Positions 47,473 to 55,325 of a stretch of DNA of 64,000 bases are shown one piece after another; the first letter of the stretch is position 1, and each line of letters opens with the position of its first letter. Location: IMG/VR virus record IMGVR_UViG_3300036770_004723, positions 222,585 to 286,584 of that record, one strand, 5' to 3'. The notes under the pieces are model-generated. The model saw nothing but the letters and a program-made list of their open reading frames with translations. It had not been told where the DNA came from and made no database searches. Both the position numbers and the translations under genes were made by a program.

Positions 47473-47955
47473 CTAGTCTTCGAATACCCAATTTTCAGAA
47501 CATAAATCACATAAGAGCATAAATCTAGGTAAGCTGTGAATACTTGGATCATCAGGTAACTGGTTCCATAAAGTTTCCATTAATTTTGCAGCTTGCTGGC
47601 CAGCTTTCATGGATCTTTCTGTGAACGGCACTGTTGAAATGTTTTTATTAAAATTTTCAATTTCTTCGATTATTTCACTTAAGTAACTGTGTTTATTTTG
47701 GTATTCAGGTAAGTTTGAGGATACCACAATCAAGGCATACCACCAACTTAATGGATTTTGAATTTTGATTGTACCACGTACCATGTCACGGATTAATTTT
47801 CTACCTGCATAAGCAAAAACAATTTCAGTCATTGGAAGAAAAGTTTCTTCTCCCGCTTTATCTACACTGTACCCAGTTACACCGTTATAAGTGATTGGTT
47901 CATTGCCTAAAGCACGGAAAAATTTGTTACCTTTGGCAAAAATATAAAGTGACAT
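47473..47955 (-). CDS. hypothetical protein
   Basis: AAGGA RBS. Confidence 0.75.
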   Translation of the reverse strand: MSLYIFAKGNKFFRALGNEPITYNGVTGYSVDKAGEETFLPMTEIVFAYAGRKLIRDMVRGTIKIQNPLSWWYALIVVSSNLPEYQNKHSYLSEIIEEIENFNKNISTVPFTERSMKAGQQAAKLMETLWNQLPDDPSIHSLPRFMLLCDLCSENWVFED

Positions 47956-47970
47956 ATTAAAATCCTTTAA

Positions 47971-48456
47971 TTAGTTTGGTAATACGTAAACATAAACTTT
48001 TTTAACAGAGTCTTCCATAAATTCTTTATAAAATGTATTTATGTACCCACAAGCATTTAGTGTGGCAAGAAAGCTATTTAGATAAGTAACATTGTGTGTT
48101 TGGTCAAAAACATCTGTTTGCTTAAGGTAGATATAATTGCCATCCTCTAGCATTAATCCGGCTAAACACTTAATGTAATTAGATACGACCAGAATAAAGC
48201 AATCTTCATCCTGATTATTTAAATCAGATGCCAATTGCGTATAACCTGAAGGCTCACGTACATAAAGATTTAAAATTTCTCTACCATTATCCACAGATCT
48301 CGATATTGCAAACTTAATAGAAAAGTATTGCAGATTAATTTTTATCTCCATGAGATAATTTTCAGTAGCTAAAAGGTAGTTTACGCTATCACAGTTTAAA
48401 TAGCGGAGGCAAATATGCTCAATAAGAGACATTTTAATCTCCTTGGCTTTCAGCAA
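47971..48456 (-). CDS. hypothetical protein
   Basis: ORF; likely start at MSLIEH after AAGGAG. Confidence 0.7.
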   Translation of the reverse strand: MLKAKEIKMSLIEHICLRYLNCDSVNYLLATENYLMEIKINLQYFSIKFAISRSVDNGREILNLYVREPSGYTQLASDLNNQDEDCFILVVSNYIKCLAGLMLEDGNYIYLKQTDVFDQTHNVTYLNSFLATLNACGYINTFYKEFMEDSVKKVYVYVLPN

Positions 48457-48952
48457 ATTTCAACAGTGCTAACTTAGCCAGTTCTTCTGGAAATCTCAAA
48501 CTAATTTTTACGATCTCACCTTCGATAATAGTTGTATCTTCATCTAATTTTAAAGCAAGTGCTAGTGTGAACTTACCGAAAAATTCTACTATGGCACGAT
48601 AAGACCAGTTTGGTTTTTTACGGGCTTCGATAATACACTGCATAACTATTTCATTTAGAAAAGTATAGCAGTTTGGAGTTTCACCTATAATAGTTTTATA
48701 GATAAAATCTTTTTCGGCCGTTGACCCAGTAGATTCTTTACAATAAAGAACACGGACATGTTTAGCAAACACATTTTTTATCTGATTTGTTGAACTGTCC
48801 TTTTTGCAGCTTTTAAACAGATCGTTTGCTATCTCACTGCAAAGTTTGTCGTCAAGTTTTCCGTCCTTACTGTACAACGATAAAAATACACTGTTAGCAA
48901 ATAAGGTAAATGTTTTTTGTGCGCAAGCAAAAGCCTTAGATTGATGTTGCAT
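48434..48952 (-). CDS. hypothetical protein
   Basis: AGGAG RBS. Confidence 0.75.
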   Translation of the reverse strand: MQHQSKAFACAQKTFTLFANSVFLSLYSKDGKLDDKLCSEIANDLFKSCKKDSSTNQIKNVFAKHVRVLYCKESTGSTAEKDFIYKTIIGETPNCYTFLNEIVMQCIIEARKKPNWSYRAIVEFFGKFTLALALKLDEDTTIIEGEIVKISLRFPEELAKLALLKFAESQGD

Positions 48953-48953
48953 G

Positions 48954-49403
48954 TTAATCTCCTAATTTTTTAATTAAACTGTTTAACGTTTGCTTACAAG
49001 AAGATAAACCTTGATATGTAGGCAAACCTTGATCGTAACAAAAGCTATCAAGTTCTTTATCACTTAAAGAGTTAAAGTCTTTTGCTGTTTCTGAGTAAGG
49101 CTGCAACAAGAATCTTACGGCACTATTGACATCGCTGTTAGTTACAGCCATAGTTTTCTTGATCTGTTGTTCCAGATTTTTCAAAGCAAAGTAAATGCCC
49201 AAATCAACTTCAGGGACACCTAACGTAACTGGCTTACACAGGCTTTGGAAAGTATGGCCTGTAGGATAAAGTTCTTGAAAGTACTGATGAAATTGTTCAG
49301 CATTATCACAGAACACACTTTCAACTTCATGCAAACTTTCATCCATAAAGCCGAGACTGTTTTGAAAGTCATGAATTTTGTAAATCATAAAAAATATTTT
49401 CAT
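48954..49403 (-). CDS. hypothetical protein
   Basis: Coupled ORF. Confidence 0.75.
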   Translation of the reverse strand: MKIFFMIYKIHDFQNSLGFMDESLHEVESVFCDNAEQFHQYFQELYPTGHTFQSLCKPVTLGVPEVDLGIYFALKNLEQQIKKTMAVTNSDVNSAVRFLLQPYSETAKDFNSLSDKELDSFCYDQGLPTYQGLSSCKQTLNSLIKKLGD

Positions 49404-49603
49404 TAGTGTGTTTCCTTATTAGCTTGAGCTACAGCCGCAGAAAGTTTGTCAGTAAACACTAGCCAATCTAACCAATCGTTGAATGGCATCATACGGCCGT
49501 AGTCACTGAATTCGAAATTTAACCGATCATACATTTCTCTAAGTGTTTCACCTTGAGCATTTTTGAAGATTTTGTTTGAGTTACTTTCTGTAGACGTATT
49601 CAT
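49403..49603 (-). CDS. small hypothetical protein, first gene after boxed promoter
   Basis: GAGG RBS. Confidence 0.7.
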   Translation of the reverse strand: MNTSTESNSNKIFKNAQGETLREMYDRLNFEFSDYGRMMPFNDWLDWLVFTDKLSAAVAQANKETH

Positions 49604-49632
49604 GATATTTACCTCTTTGTTAAGATGTGTAT

Positions 49633-49690
49633 ATTATAACAAAAATCTGTAGGTCAGTAAATCACTGTTTTTGACACACCTAGATCAGTT
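49633..49690 (-). promoter_or_regulatory. boxed sigma70-like early promoter
   Basis: AACTGATCTAGGTGTGTCAA-9-TTTACT-17-TATAAT. Confidence 0.85.
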
Positions 49691-49900
49691 ATAGGTAAAA
49701 CAAGTAACGAACTTCTCAATGGTTCCGTACCCAAATTCTCTATAAAGATCTTGCACAGTATAGCCAAACTTTTCTATTTTTATTTGTTTAATTTGCTTAC
49801 TGTTTTCCAACATATATAGAAGTGAAGACAAACACTTTAAATCATCTATAAGGCAGTGGTTAATTTCATCACCATTTGTAAGCCATAGTACCTTTAACAT
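49685..49900 (-). CDS. hypothetical protein (stop codon lies in promoter box)
   Basis: GAGG RBS; ends AAC TGA within box. Confidence 0.7.
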   Translation of the reverse strand: MLKVLWLTNGDEINHCLIDDLKCLSSLLYMLENSKQIKQIKIEKFGYTVQDLYREFGYGTIEKFVTCFTYN

Positions 49901-49925
49901 ATTGACCTCAAAAACTTTTCAGCTG

Positions 49926-50165
49926 TTATAATGTTGTACTACATTCGTGACACACAATTTGTTTATTGTGTTGTATACTAAGTTGATTCAATTGATCTTC
50001 AGTGTAAGGAATTGATGACACCTCTACTACGTTAAAAACTTCTTTTTCTTTTCCTTCCGTGTTAACGTATTCATCTAAATAGCCTGCTCTATATTCAATG
50101 GTTAATTCAGGCAGTAGGTTAATATTTTTAATTTTTGTGTTTGTCATAGTATGTTTCCAAAACAA
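49926..50165 (-). CDS. hypothetical protein (likely start 50147)
   Basis: ORF in - strand run. Confidence 0.6.
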   Translation of the reverse strand: MFWKHTMTNTKIKNINLLPELTIEYRAGYLDEYVNTEGKEKEVFNVVEVSSIPYTEDQLNQLSIQHNKQIVCHECSTTL

Positions 50166-50200
50166 AAAGGCGGAATATTCCGCCTTTAATGTATTTACAG
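50161..50200 (-). terminator. intrinsic terminator preceded by CTGTAAAT motif
   Basis: CTGTAAATACATT-AAAGGCGGAA-TA-TTCCGCCTTT-TTGTT. Confidence 0.7.
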
Positions 50201-50202
50201 AT

Positions 50203-51153
50203 TTAACTAGACTTAGTTAAATTAATTCCTACGGCACCGCTACGCTCACCATCTTCTTCGCTTGTGCTAATAGTTGCTTTTGCCCAACCTGCCGTCAAAA
50301 ACTTTTGTTCAAGTTCTTTACGGTAAACAAGAATACCTTCATAAATTGCTTCATCATCAGCACGAAGGAATGTAGTATAAATTCTATCCTTATGCCATTG
50401 TGTATACCAACCGTTTTCAACTAACTTGTCGAAAGCATCATTTAAGCGATTTAAAACTTCTTCAAATGATAAATGAGATTTGGCGGGCTTCAGATTTTTA
50501 GGTGCAAAAACTTTCATAGTATTTCCTTCTGTTATAGACCAAGAACGTATTTTAACGTTCGGACATTTTGGCAGCGAATGTGTGTAAGGTTCAAGACTCT
50601 TACCTGTTTGCTTGTAGAATTCTGATAAAATTTTGTTTTGTATTTCCATCTTTAGATGCCACAGAGGATCGTCTGCCTTATTGACGTTATTAAGTGAATC
50701 TAATAGACCTCCAGACCAATCGTTCATAAAATGAATTAAATCTTGTTGAACTGGCACTATATTATAGTGATCGATAAATTTTTGTTTCCACTCCTCGTCA
50801 CTAAGATGTATTTTGTTACTTATCCCTTGACCTATTATGTGACACATAAGAGGCGTGACAAATATACTATCAGAATCCTCACCACTAATGTATTTTGCTT
50901 TTGGGTATTGATTATGCCAAACAATATTTTTACAATCTTTTAGTATAAATCCGTCATACTCCTTTTCTCCTCTAGTCCATTCACCAGGAACTCTATGATG
51001 CTCTACCACAGTTAATTCATTGAAGAAAATGTTTGTGATATCAAAAAGTTCAGGTAAAGGTCTTAAAAAATATGAGGATGTGGCAACTTTATTTTCTTTA
51101 TCTACCAGTGTTAAACCTAGTGTCCAAACTTTTTGACCGATTTCATATCTCAC
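50203..51153 (-). CDS. hypothetical protein, paralog of 51165..51809 with fused C-terminal domain
   Basis: High identity over N-terminal 100 aa; extra ~104 aa. Confidence 0.8.
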   Translation of the reverse strand: MRYEIGQKVWTLGLTLVDKENKVATSSYFLRPLPELFDITNIFFNELTVVEHHRVPGEWTRGEKEYDGFILKDCKNIVWHNQYPKAKYISGEDSDSIFVTPLMCHIIGQGISNKIHLSDEEWKQKFIDHYNIVPVQQDLIHFMNDWSGGLLDSLNNVNKADDPLWHLKMEIQNKILSEFYKQTGKSLEPYTHSLPKCPNVKIRSWSITEGNTMKVFAPKNLKPAKSHLSFEEVLNRLNDAFDKLVENGWYTQWHKDRIYTTFLRADDEAIYEGILVYRKELEQKFLTAGWAKATISTSEEDGERSGAVGINLTKSS

Positions 51154-51164
51154 GTCAGGTTTCC

Positions 51165-51809
51165 TTATTCAACTACACGCCAACGACGGAAACGAATTGT
51201 GTCGCCTTCTACACCAAAATGTTCAATATAATGTTCGAGGGTTTTACCTGTTGTTTCTTTAAAAGTTTGTATAACACGTTTTTGAATCTCTTCAATTTTC
51301 GGCCAGATTTCGTGACATTCAACTTTAGTTGTATCGTCATCTACTATGCCACCATTTAAATCTTCCATAAATCGTGTCAGTGAAAACTGGTTAATTGTTG
51401 ATTTATATTGATCCATGAATTTAGTGCAAGCAGTATTCCAATCTAAATCATTATCCAGTGCCTTTGTCTCTTCAAAAAGTTTTTCAAACAAAGGTGTTGT
51501 AAATAAGCCGTCATTAGAATCTGAAAGCTGGCCGTAGCTTGCGCGTGGGTATTGATTGTGCCAAACACGATCTTGTGTATCCTTAAGTATGAAACCGTCA
51601 TATTGTTTTTCGTCGCTCCACTCACCAGAAACTTTGTGGTGTTCGGTAACAGTCAATTCATTGAAGAAAATGTTTGTGATATCAAACTGATTTGGATAAG
51701 GACGTAAGAAACCGTAAGGGTAAACTGGTTTATTACTTTCTTTGTTTACCAGTGTTAAGCCGATTGTCCAAATTTTTTGATTCAGTTTATAACGCATAAT
51801 GATTCTCAC
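51165..51809 (-). CDS. hypothetical protein, tandem paralog
   Basis: FDITNIFFNELTV.EHH.V.GEW..YDGFILKD..WHNQYP shared. Confidence 0.8.
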   Translation of the reverse strand: MRIIMRYKLNQKIWTIGLTLVNKESNKPVYPYGFLRPYPNQFDITNIFFNELTVTEHHKVSGEWSDEKQYDGFILKDTQDRVWHNQYPRASYGQLSDSNDGLFTTPLFEKLFEETKALDNDLDWNTACTKFMDQYKSTINQFSLTRFMEDLNGGIVDDDTTKVECHEIWPKIEEIQKRVIQTFKETTGKTLEHYIEHFGVEGDTIRFRRWRVVE

Positions 51810-51828
51810 TTATCAGTTAGTTTAATTG

Positions 51829-52317
51829 TTAGTTGCCGTTTTTAATGAATTCAAGATCTTCTTTCGCAACTGCCACAGGATTTTCTACACGGTCATAATA
51901 ACCGGCTAAAATATTGTTAATGATGTTTCGTTCTTTACGGCACTCGACTTTGTTTAGTAAAGTACGTAAACGAAAAGCTTCTTCAATGGTTAATACTTCT
52001 GTTTGATTAATAATTTGCGTATTCTTTGATGCCGTTAGATAAGTATCTAACGGCAGAGATAAAAATAAAGCGGTATCAACTTGGTTACGTGAAGTCAATT
52101 TTAACGTTAAACTTTCACCATAACAACTGCCATCTTGTGAAATAAAACCTGCCGCAATTGGCGTTCTGTGTACTCGATGCCAATCACCATGCGTTTTATT
52201 TTTAATACGCATCAACGATTCTGCCATGCAATCGTGATTGACTGCATTAGGAAATACAAAAATCTCTTCAATACTTCCTTCGCTCAAAGTAACAATATAT
52301 TTTAAATGATTACTCAT
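51829..52317 (-). CDS. conserved-type phage hypothetical protein
   Basis: KYIV..IFVFP..H..PIAAGF..CYGES.TL...SR pattern. Confidence 0.75.
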   Translation of the reverse strand: MSNHLKYIVTLSEGSIEEIFVFPNAVNHDCMAESLMRIKNKTHGDWHRVHRTPIAAGFISQDGSCYGESLTLKLTSRNQVDTALFLSLPLDTYLTASKNTQIINQTEVLTIEEAFRLRTLLNKVECRKERNIINNILAGYYDRVENPVAVAKEDLEFIKNGN

Positions 52318-52525
52318 TTTTCTTCTCTGTAAAACAAGTCAAAGGTTTATCTAAATTTGATTCAACACAGCTTTTTAGATTTGTGTGTTGATCGTGTGTT
52401 TCTTTTTTAACATAACCAACCGCCGCTACGGAAATCCAAATGATCTGAATGACAGCAGTAATAGTTAGGGCCAAACTTTTGTCAATTGGTTTAGACATCA
52501 AGTGATACTCCAATGTTTGATGCAA
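52310..52525 (-). CDS. small membrane protein
   Basis: Single TM; likely start MSKPID after GGAG. Confidence 0.65.
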   Translation of the reverse strand: MHQTLEYHLMSKPIDKSLALTITAVIQIIWISVAAVGYVKKETHDQHTNLKSCVESNLDKPLTCFTEKKNE

Positions 52526-52853
52526 TGCGACGCATTATATCGTGATCAATAGGCCAATCTCTTACCAGACGGAAATGGTGCCTATAAAATAAATAAATGA
52601 TAAAGAGTATAATGCCTTGATCGTAGAATGGTAAATTTTTTCTGTTTTCTTTAATCGTGTACACAAATTCTGGAATTTTCTCCAACATTTTCCTGATTTT
52701 CATTTCAAGATTTTCGTCGCAAACAGAAATAAACTCAGATAGTAAACAAGTACCAAGTTTATCTAAAGGTTCTGGCGTACAGCCAATAAATTCAACGTAA
52801 AGACGGTTGAACATATTTAGTTCTTTTGAATTATCTAATAAAGATACCACCAT
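52491..52853 (-). CDS. hypothetical protein
   Basis: GAGGA RBS (duplicated). Confidence 0.7.
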   Translation of the reverse strand: MVVSLLDNSKELNMFNRLYVEFIGCTPEPLDKLGTCLLSEFISVCDENLEMKIRKMLEKIPEFVYTIKENRKNLPFYDQGIILFIIYLFYRHHFRLVRDWPIDHDIMRRIASNIGVSLDV

Positions 52854-52893
52854 GTCAAATTCCTCAGCAAGTCAAATTCCTCAGCAAGTCAAA
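52854..52893. repeat. 17-bp tandem duplication containing the RBS
   Basis: gtcaaattcctcagcaa x2 plus gtcaaa. Confidence 0.9.
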
Positions 52894-52943
52894 ATCGTAA
52901 TCAAGTAACATCGGTTTATGATCAAGGCATTAGAAATATTACG

Positions 52944-52989
52944 AAACAAACGGAAGCCTTAATCTGTGAATAAGTTTTTCCGTTTGTTT
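52944..52989. repeat. 12-bp inverted repeat hairpin
   Basis: aaacaaacggaa ... ttccgtttgttt. Confidence 0.75.
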
Positions 52990-53018
52990 ACTATTTGTAT
53001 TTTCAATCAGTTACATAT

Positions 53019-53741
53019 TTATTCGAACAAGAATAAATAACTCACCTTAATATTAACTGGTATACATTGTGATATCTGAAAAGCAAGAGCTTGTTTGAAC
53101 TTATCAAAGTTTTCAATTAACTCTTGCTTTTCTTGTTCTGTTTTTACATCAAAGAAATCGATCATAGGTTTGCTAAAAATATCTTCAGCTGTCCCTTCAT
53201 TCGACATAATTCGTTCACCGTAATAAATCTCAGTAAATGATTTTACTGTTTCTGCTTTATTGAGATTCCTTAGTTCTACAGCATAAAGTGACTCGAATTC
53301 TTCATAGCCATCCGTACCACGCAAATAAGCATAAACACAAAGCAAGTTTACTTTTTTCTTAAAAACAGGTAAATGTTTAAAGCTGGCGAGTTCTGGATCG
53401 TTAATCGTATCACCTGATTGATTTTCAAAATACAGAATTCCCAAAAGACTGTCGCCAAATATTTCTACAAGTGATCTGAAAGTTAGATGATTTAAAGCAC
53501 CATCCGACAAATTCATGCAGTTACGTGGTATACAGAGATTAAGTGTTGTAGCACTGATATGTTCATCTGTCAGTTTAAGTAATACTTTAAATCTTACAGC
53601 CGTGACGTCACCTGTGATCAAATGATCGAAGTGATACATACTAGGTAAATCTTCAACCCACTGATCTTTTACTTTTTCAGCATTTTCACCTGTATAAAAC
53701 AGAGCATCTTTACGGATCGATTCTAAATTAAATGTTTTCAT
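53019..53741 (-). CDS. hypothetical protein
   Basis: AAGGTG RBS. Confidence 0.8.
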   Translation of the reverse strand: MKTFNLESIRKDALFYTGENAEKVKDQWVEDLPSMYHFDHLITGDVTAVRFKVLLKLTDEHISATTLNLCIPRNCMNLSDGALNHLTFRSLVEIFGDSLLGILYFENQSGDTINDPELASFKHLPVFKKKVNLLCVYAYLRGTDGYEEFESLYAVELRNLNKAETVKSFTEIYYGERIMSNEGTAEDIFSKPMIDFFDVKTEQEKQELIENFDKFKQALAFQISQCIPVNIKVSYLFLFE

Positions 53742-53776
53742 ATTACATCACCTTTTTATTACAATGTTTTTATCCC

Positions 53777-53815
53777 AATCGACAATAGACACTTACCAAA
53801 ATGTCTATTAGCAAT
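53777..53815. repeat. 39-bp direct repeat copy 1 containing conserved hairpin
   Basis: aatcgacaatagacacttaccaaaatgtctattagcaat, identical to 54199..54237. Confidence 0.9.
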
Positions 53816-53863
53816 ATCAAGAAACAAACGGAAAAGCTTTTGGTCAATATGCCTTATCAAGGT

Positions 53864-54178
53864 TTAACGCTTTAAATCGTATTCAGCAAAGCGGTCATAC
53901 CACGCAGAACTTGCATTTTGTTGACTGCCCATACATTCATCGAATACTAACCTTGTAATTTCTTCTTCTAAGTTGTTGCATTTTTCCAAATCTAATTCAC
54001 CAGTTTTATCATAACGCGCTTCCCATTTCAATTTGTTATTTACAGGATAAGCGTGAATGTACAAATGACTTTTTGCCATTGTTTCCATGTCATAAACAAC
54101 TGTCCCATTAAAGCTTCGGATAGTAATTGTATGACCTTTAGCCGCTAATTCATTCATTGCTTTTACAATACGTAACAT
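53864..54178 (-). CDS. hypothetical protein
   Basis: GAGGA RBS; flanked by 39-bp direct repeats. Confidence 0.75.
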   Translation of the reverse strand: MLRIVKAMNELAAKGHTITIRSFNGTVVYDMETMAKSHLYIHAYPVNNKLKWEARYDKTGELDLEKCNNLEEEITRLVFDECMGSQQNASSAWYDRFAEYDLKR

Positions 54179-54198
54179 AAAAAATTCCTCGTCGGTTT

Positions 54199-54237
54199 AA
54201 TCGACAATAGACACTTACCAAAATGTCTATTAGCAAT
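54199..54237. repeat. 39-bp direct repeat copy 2 containing conserved hairpin
   Basis: Identical to 53777..53815. Confidence 0.9.
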
Positions 54238-54246
54238 TTTAAAGTT

Positions 54247-54642
54247 TTACTTGGATCTAGTGCGTTTAGTTTTAGGTAACGTCTGACCTACATCAAGCAA
54301 CACAGTATTGTCAATTACGTCATGGAAAAATTCACGTATAACCGATACTTTATCTAAGGTCAAAGAATCGTGTAGCAAATGGTAAGCTAAAGAAGATTCT
54401 GTATCTTCGTTAGGGTTATATCTTACATTTTTAAGATATTGATTTACAATATCTAAGGGTATTGTGGGTGTCCTGACATCTGAATTTAAAACTTTTTCTA
54501 CGGTATTTGCATTTATTAGTTCGCTATTCCCAGTAGTTTCATTTAATACATGGAAGTAGGTTGTATCTGAAGCCAACAGAACAACAAAAGTTTCTTTACG
54601 GCCAGCGACAGTAACACGCATCATAGCTTTTAATTCTTTCAT
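54247..54642 (-). CDS. hypothetical protein
   Basis: AGGA RBS. Confidence 0.75.
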   Translation of the reverse strand: MKELKAMMRVTVAGRKETFVVLLASDTTYFHVLNETTGNSELINANTVEKVLNSDVRTPTIPLDIVNQYLKNVRYNPNEDTESSLAYHLLHDSLTLDKVSVIREFFHDVIDNTVLLDVGQTLPKTKRTRSK

Positions 54643-54671
54643 GACGTTTTCCTAAATAAGATTAAACTTTA

Positions 54672-55184
54672 TTACAAAAATAAGTTGGGGTATTTTGACG
54701 TTATACCTAAATTTTTAGCCAGCTCAGCCAAAGCAGAAAACATATCTTCAACGTTTTCTGAGTCAACGTACTCTCTTGTGCACAGTTTTGTAAATTCTAT
54801 AGCAGCTTGTTCACTGCTGGCTACACCAAGCATAATATTTAAAGTATGCCGTAGTTCCTTCGTGCTAGCCGAAAGCTGCATTGATTTATGTTTTATGCAG
54901 TTATTGACAACTTTTTCAGTCAAACCTGCTGTAACAGCCCTTTTATATTTTTCGATATTTACCTTCATCTGTGCCTGAGTCTCAATTAAAGCATTTTGTA
55001 AGGTAACAGCAGCAGACATTTGAAAAATTCTTAGACCTAACGGATAAGGCGCGTTCTGCTCCTCCATGAGTTTGTTATCTTTTAACCGATGGTTGTAAAA
55101 AGATGCCAGACTTTCATGAAGCTCACTTACACTTTGTAAGTCAGGTGTCAAACGAAAATCTTTATCAGGAAACATTACAAACAT
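54672..55184 (-). CDS. hypothetical protein
   Basis: GAGGTG RBS. Confidence 0.75.
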   Translation of the reverse strand: MFVMFPDKDFRLTPDLQSVSELHESLASFYNHRLKDNKLMEEQNAPYPLGLRIFQMSAAVTLQNALIETQAQMKVNIEKYKRAVTAGLTEKVVNNCIKHKSMQLSASTKELRHTLNIMLGVASSEQAAIEFTKLCTREYVDSENVEDMFSALAELAKNLGITSKYPNLFL

Positions 55185-55202
55185 AATTCACCTCGTTAAA
55201 TT

Positions 55203-55231
55203 AATTTATTGTGTTAAGAAATACATGTCAA
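55203..55231 (-). promoter_or_regulatory. possible sigma70 promoter
   Basis: TTGACA-17-TAAATT upstream of 54672..55184. Confidence 0.4.
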
Positions 55232-55325
55232 GACACACTGATCTGATCAAATTTACTTTTACCGATTACAGTGAACAAAATAAACATAAGCAAATCAGGC
55301 GCTCTAGTAATATACATCAATGTTT

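Noticed and set aside
55226-55252. Partial box-like sequence agacacactgatctgatc as a seventh boxed promoter
   Set aside because: Only partial match and no TATAAT at the fixed distance
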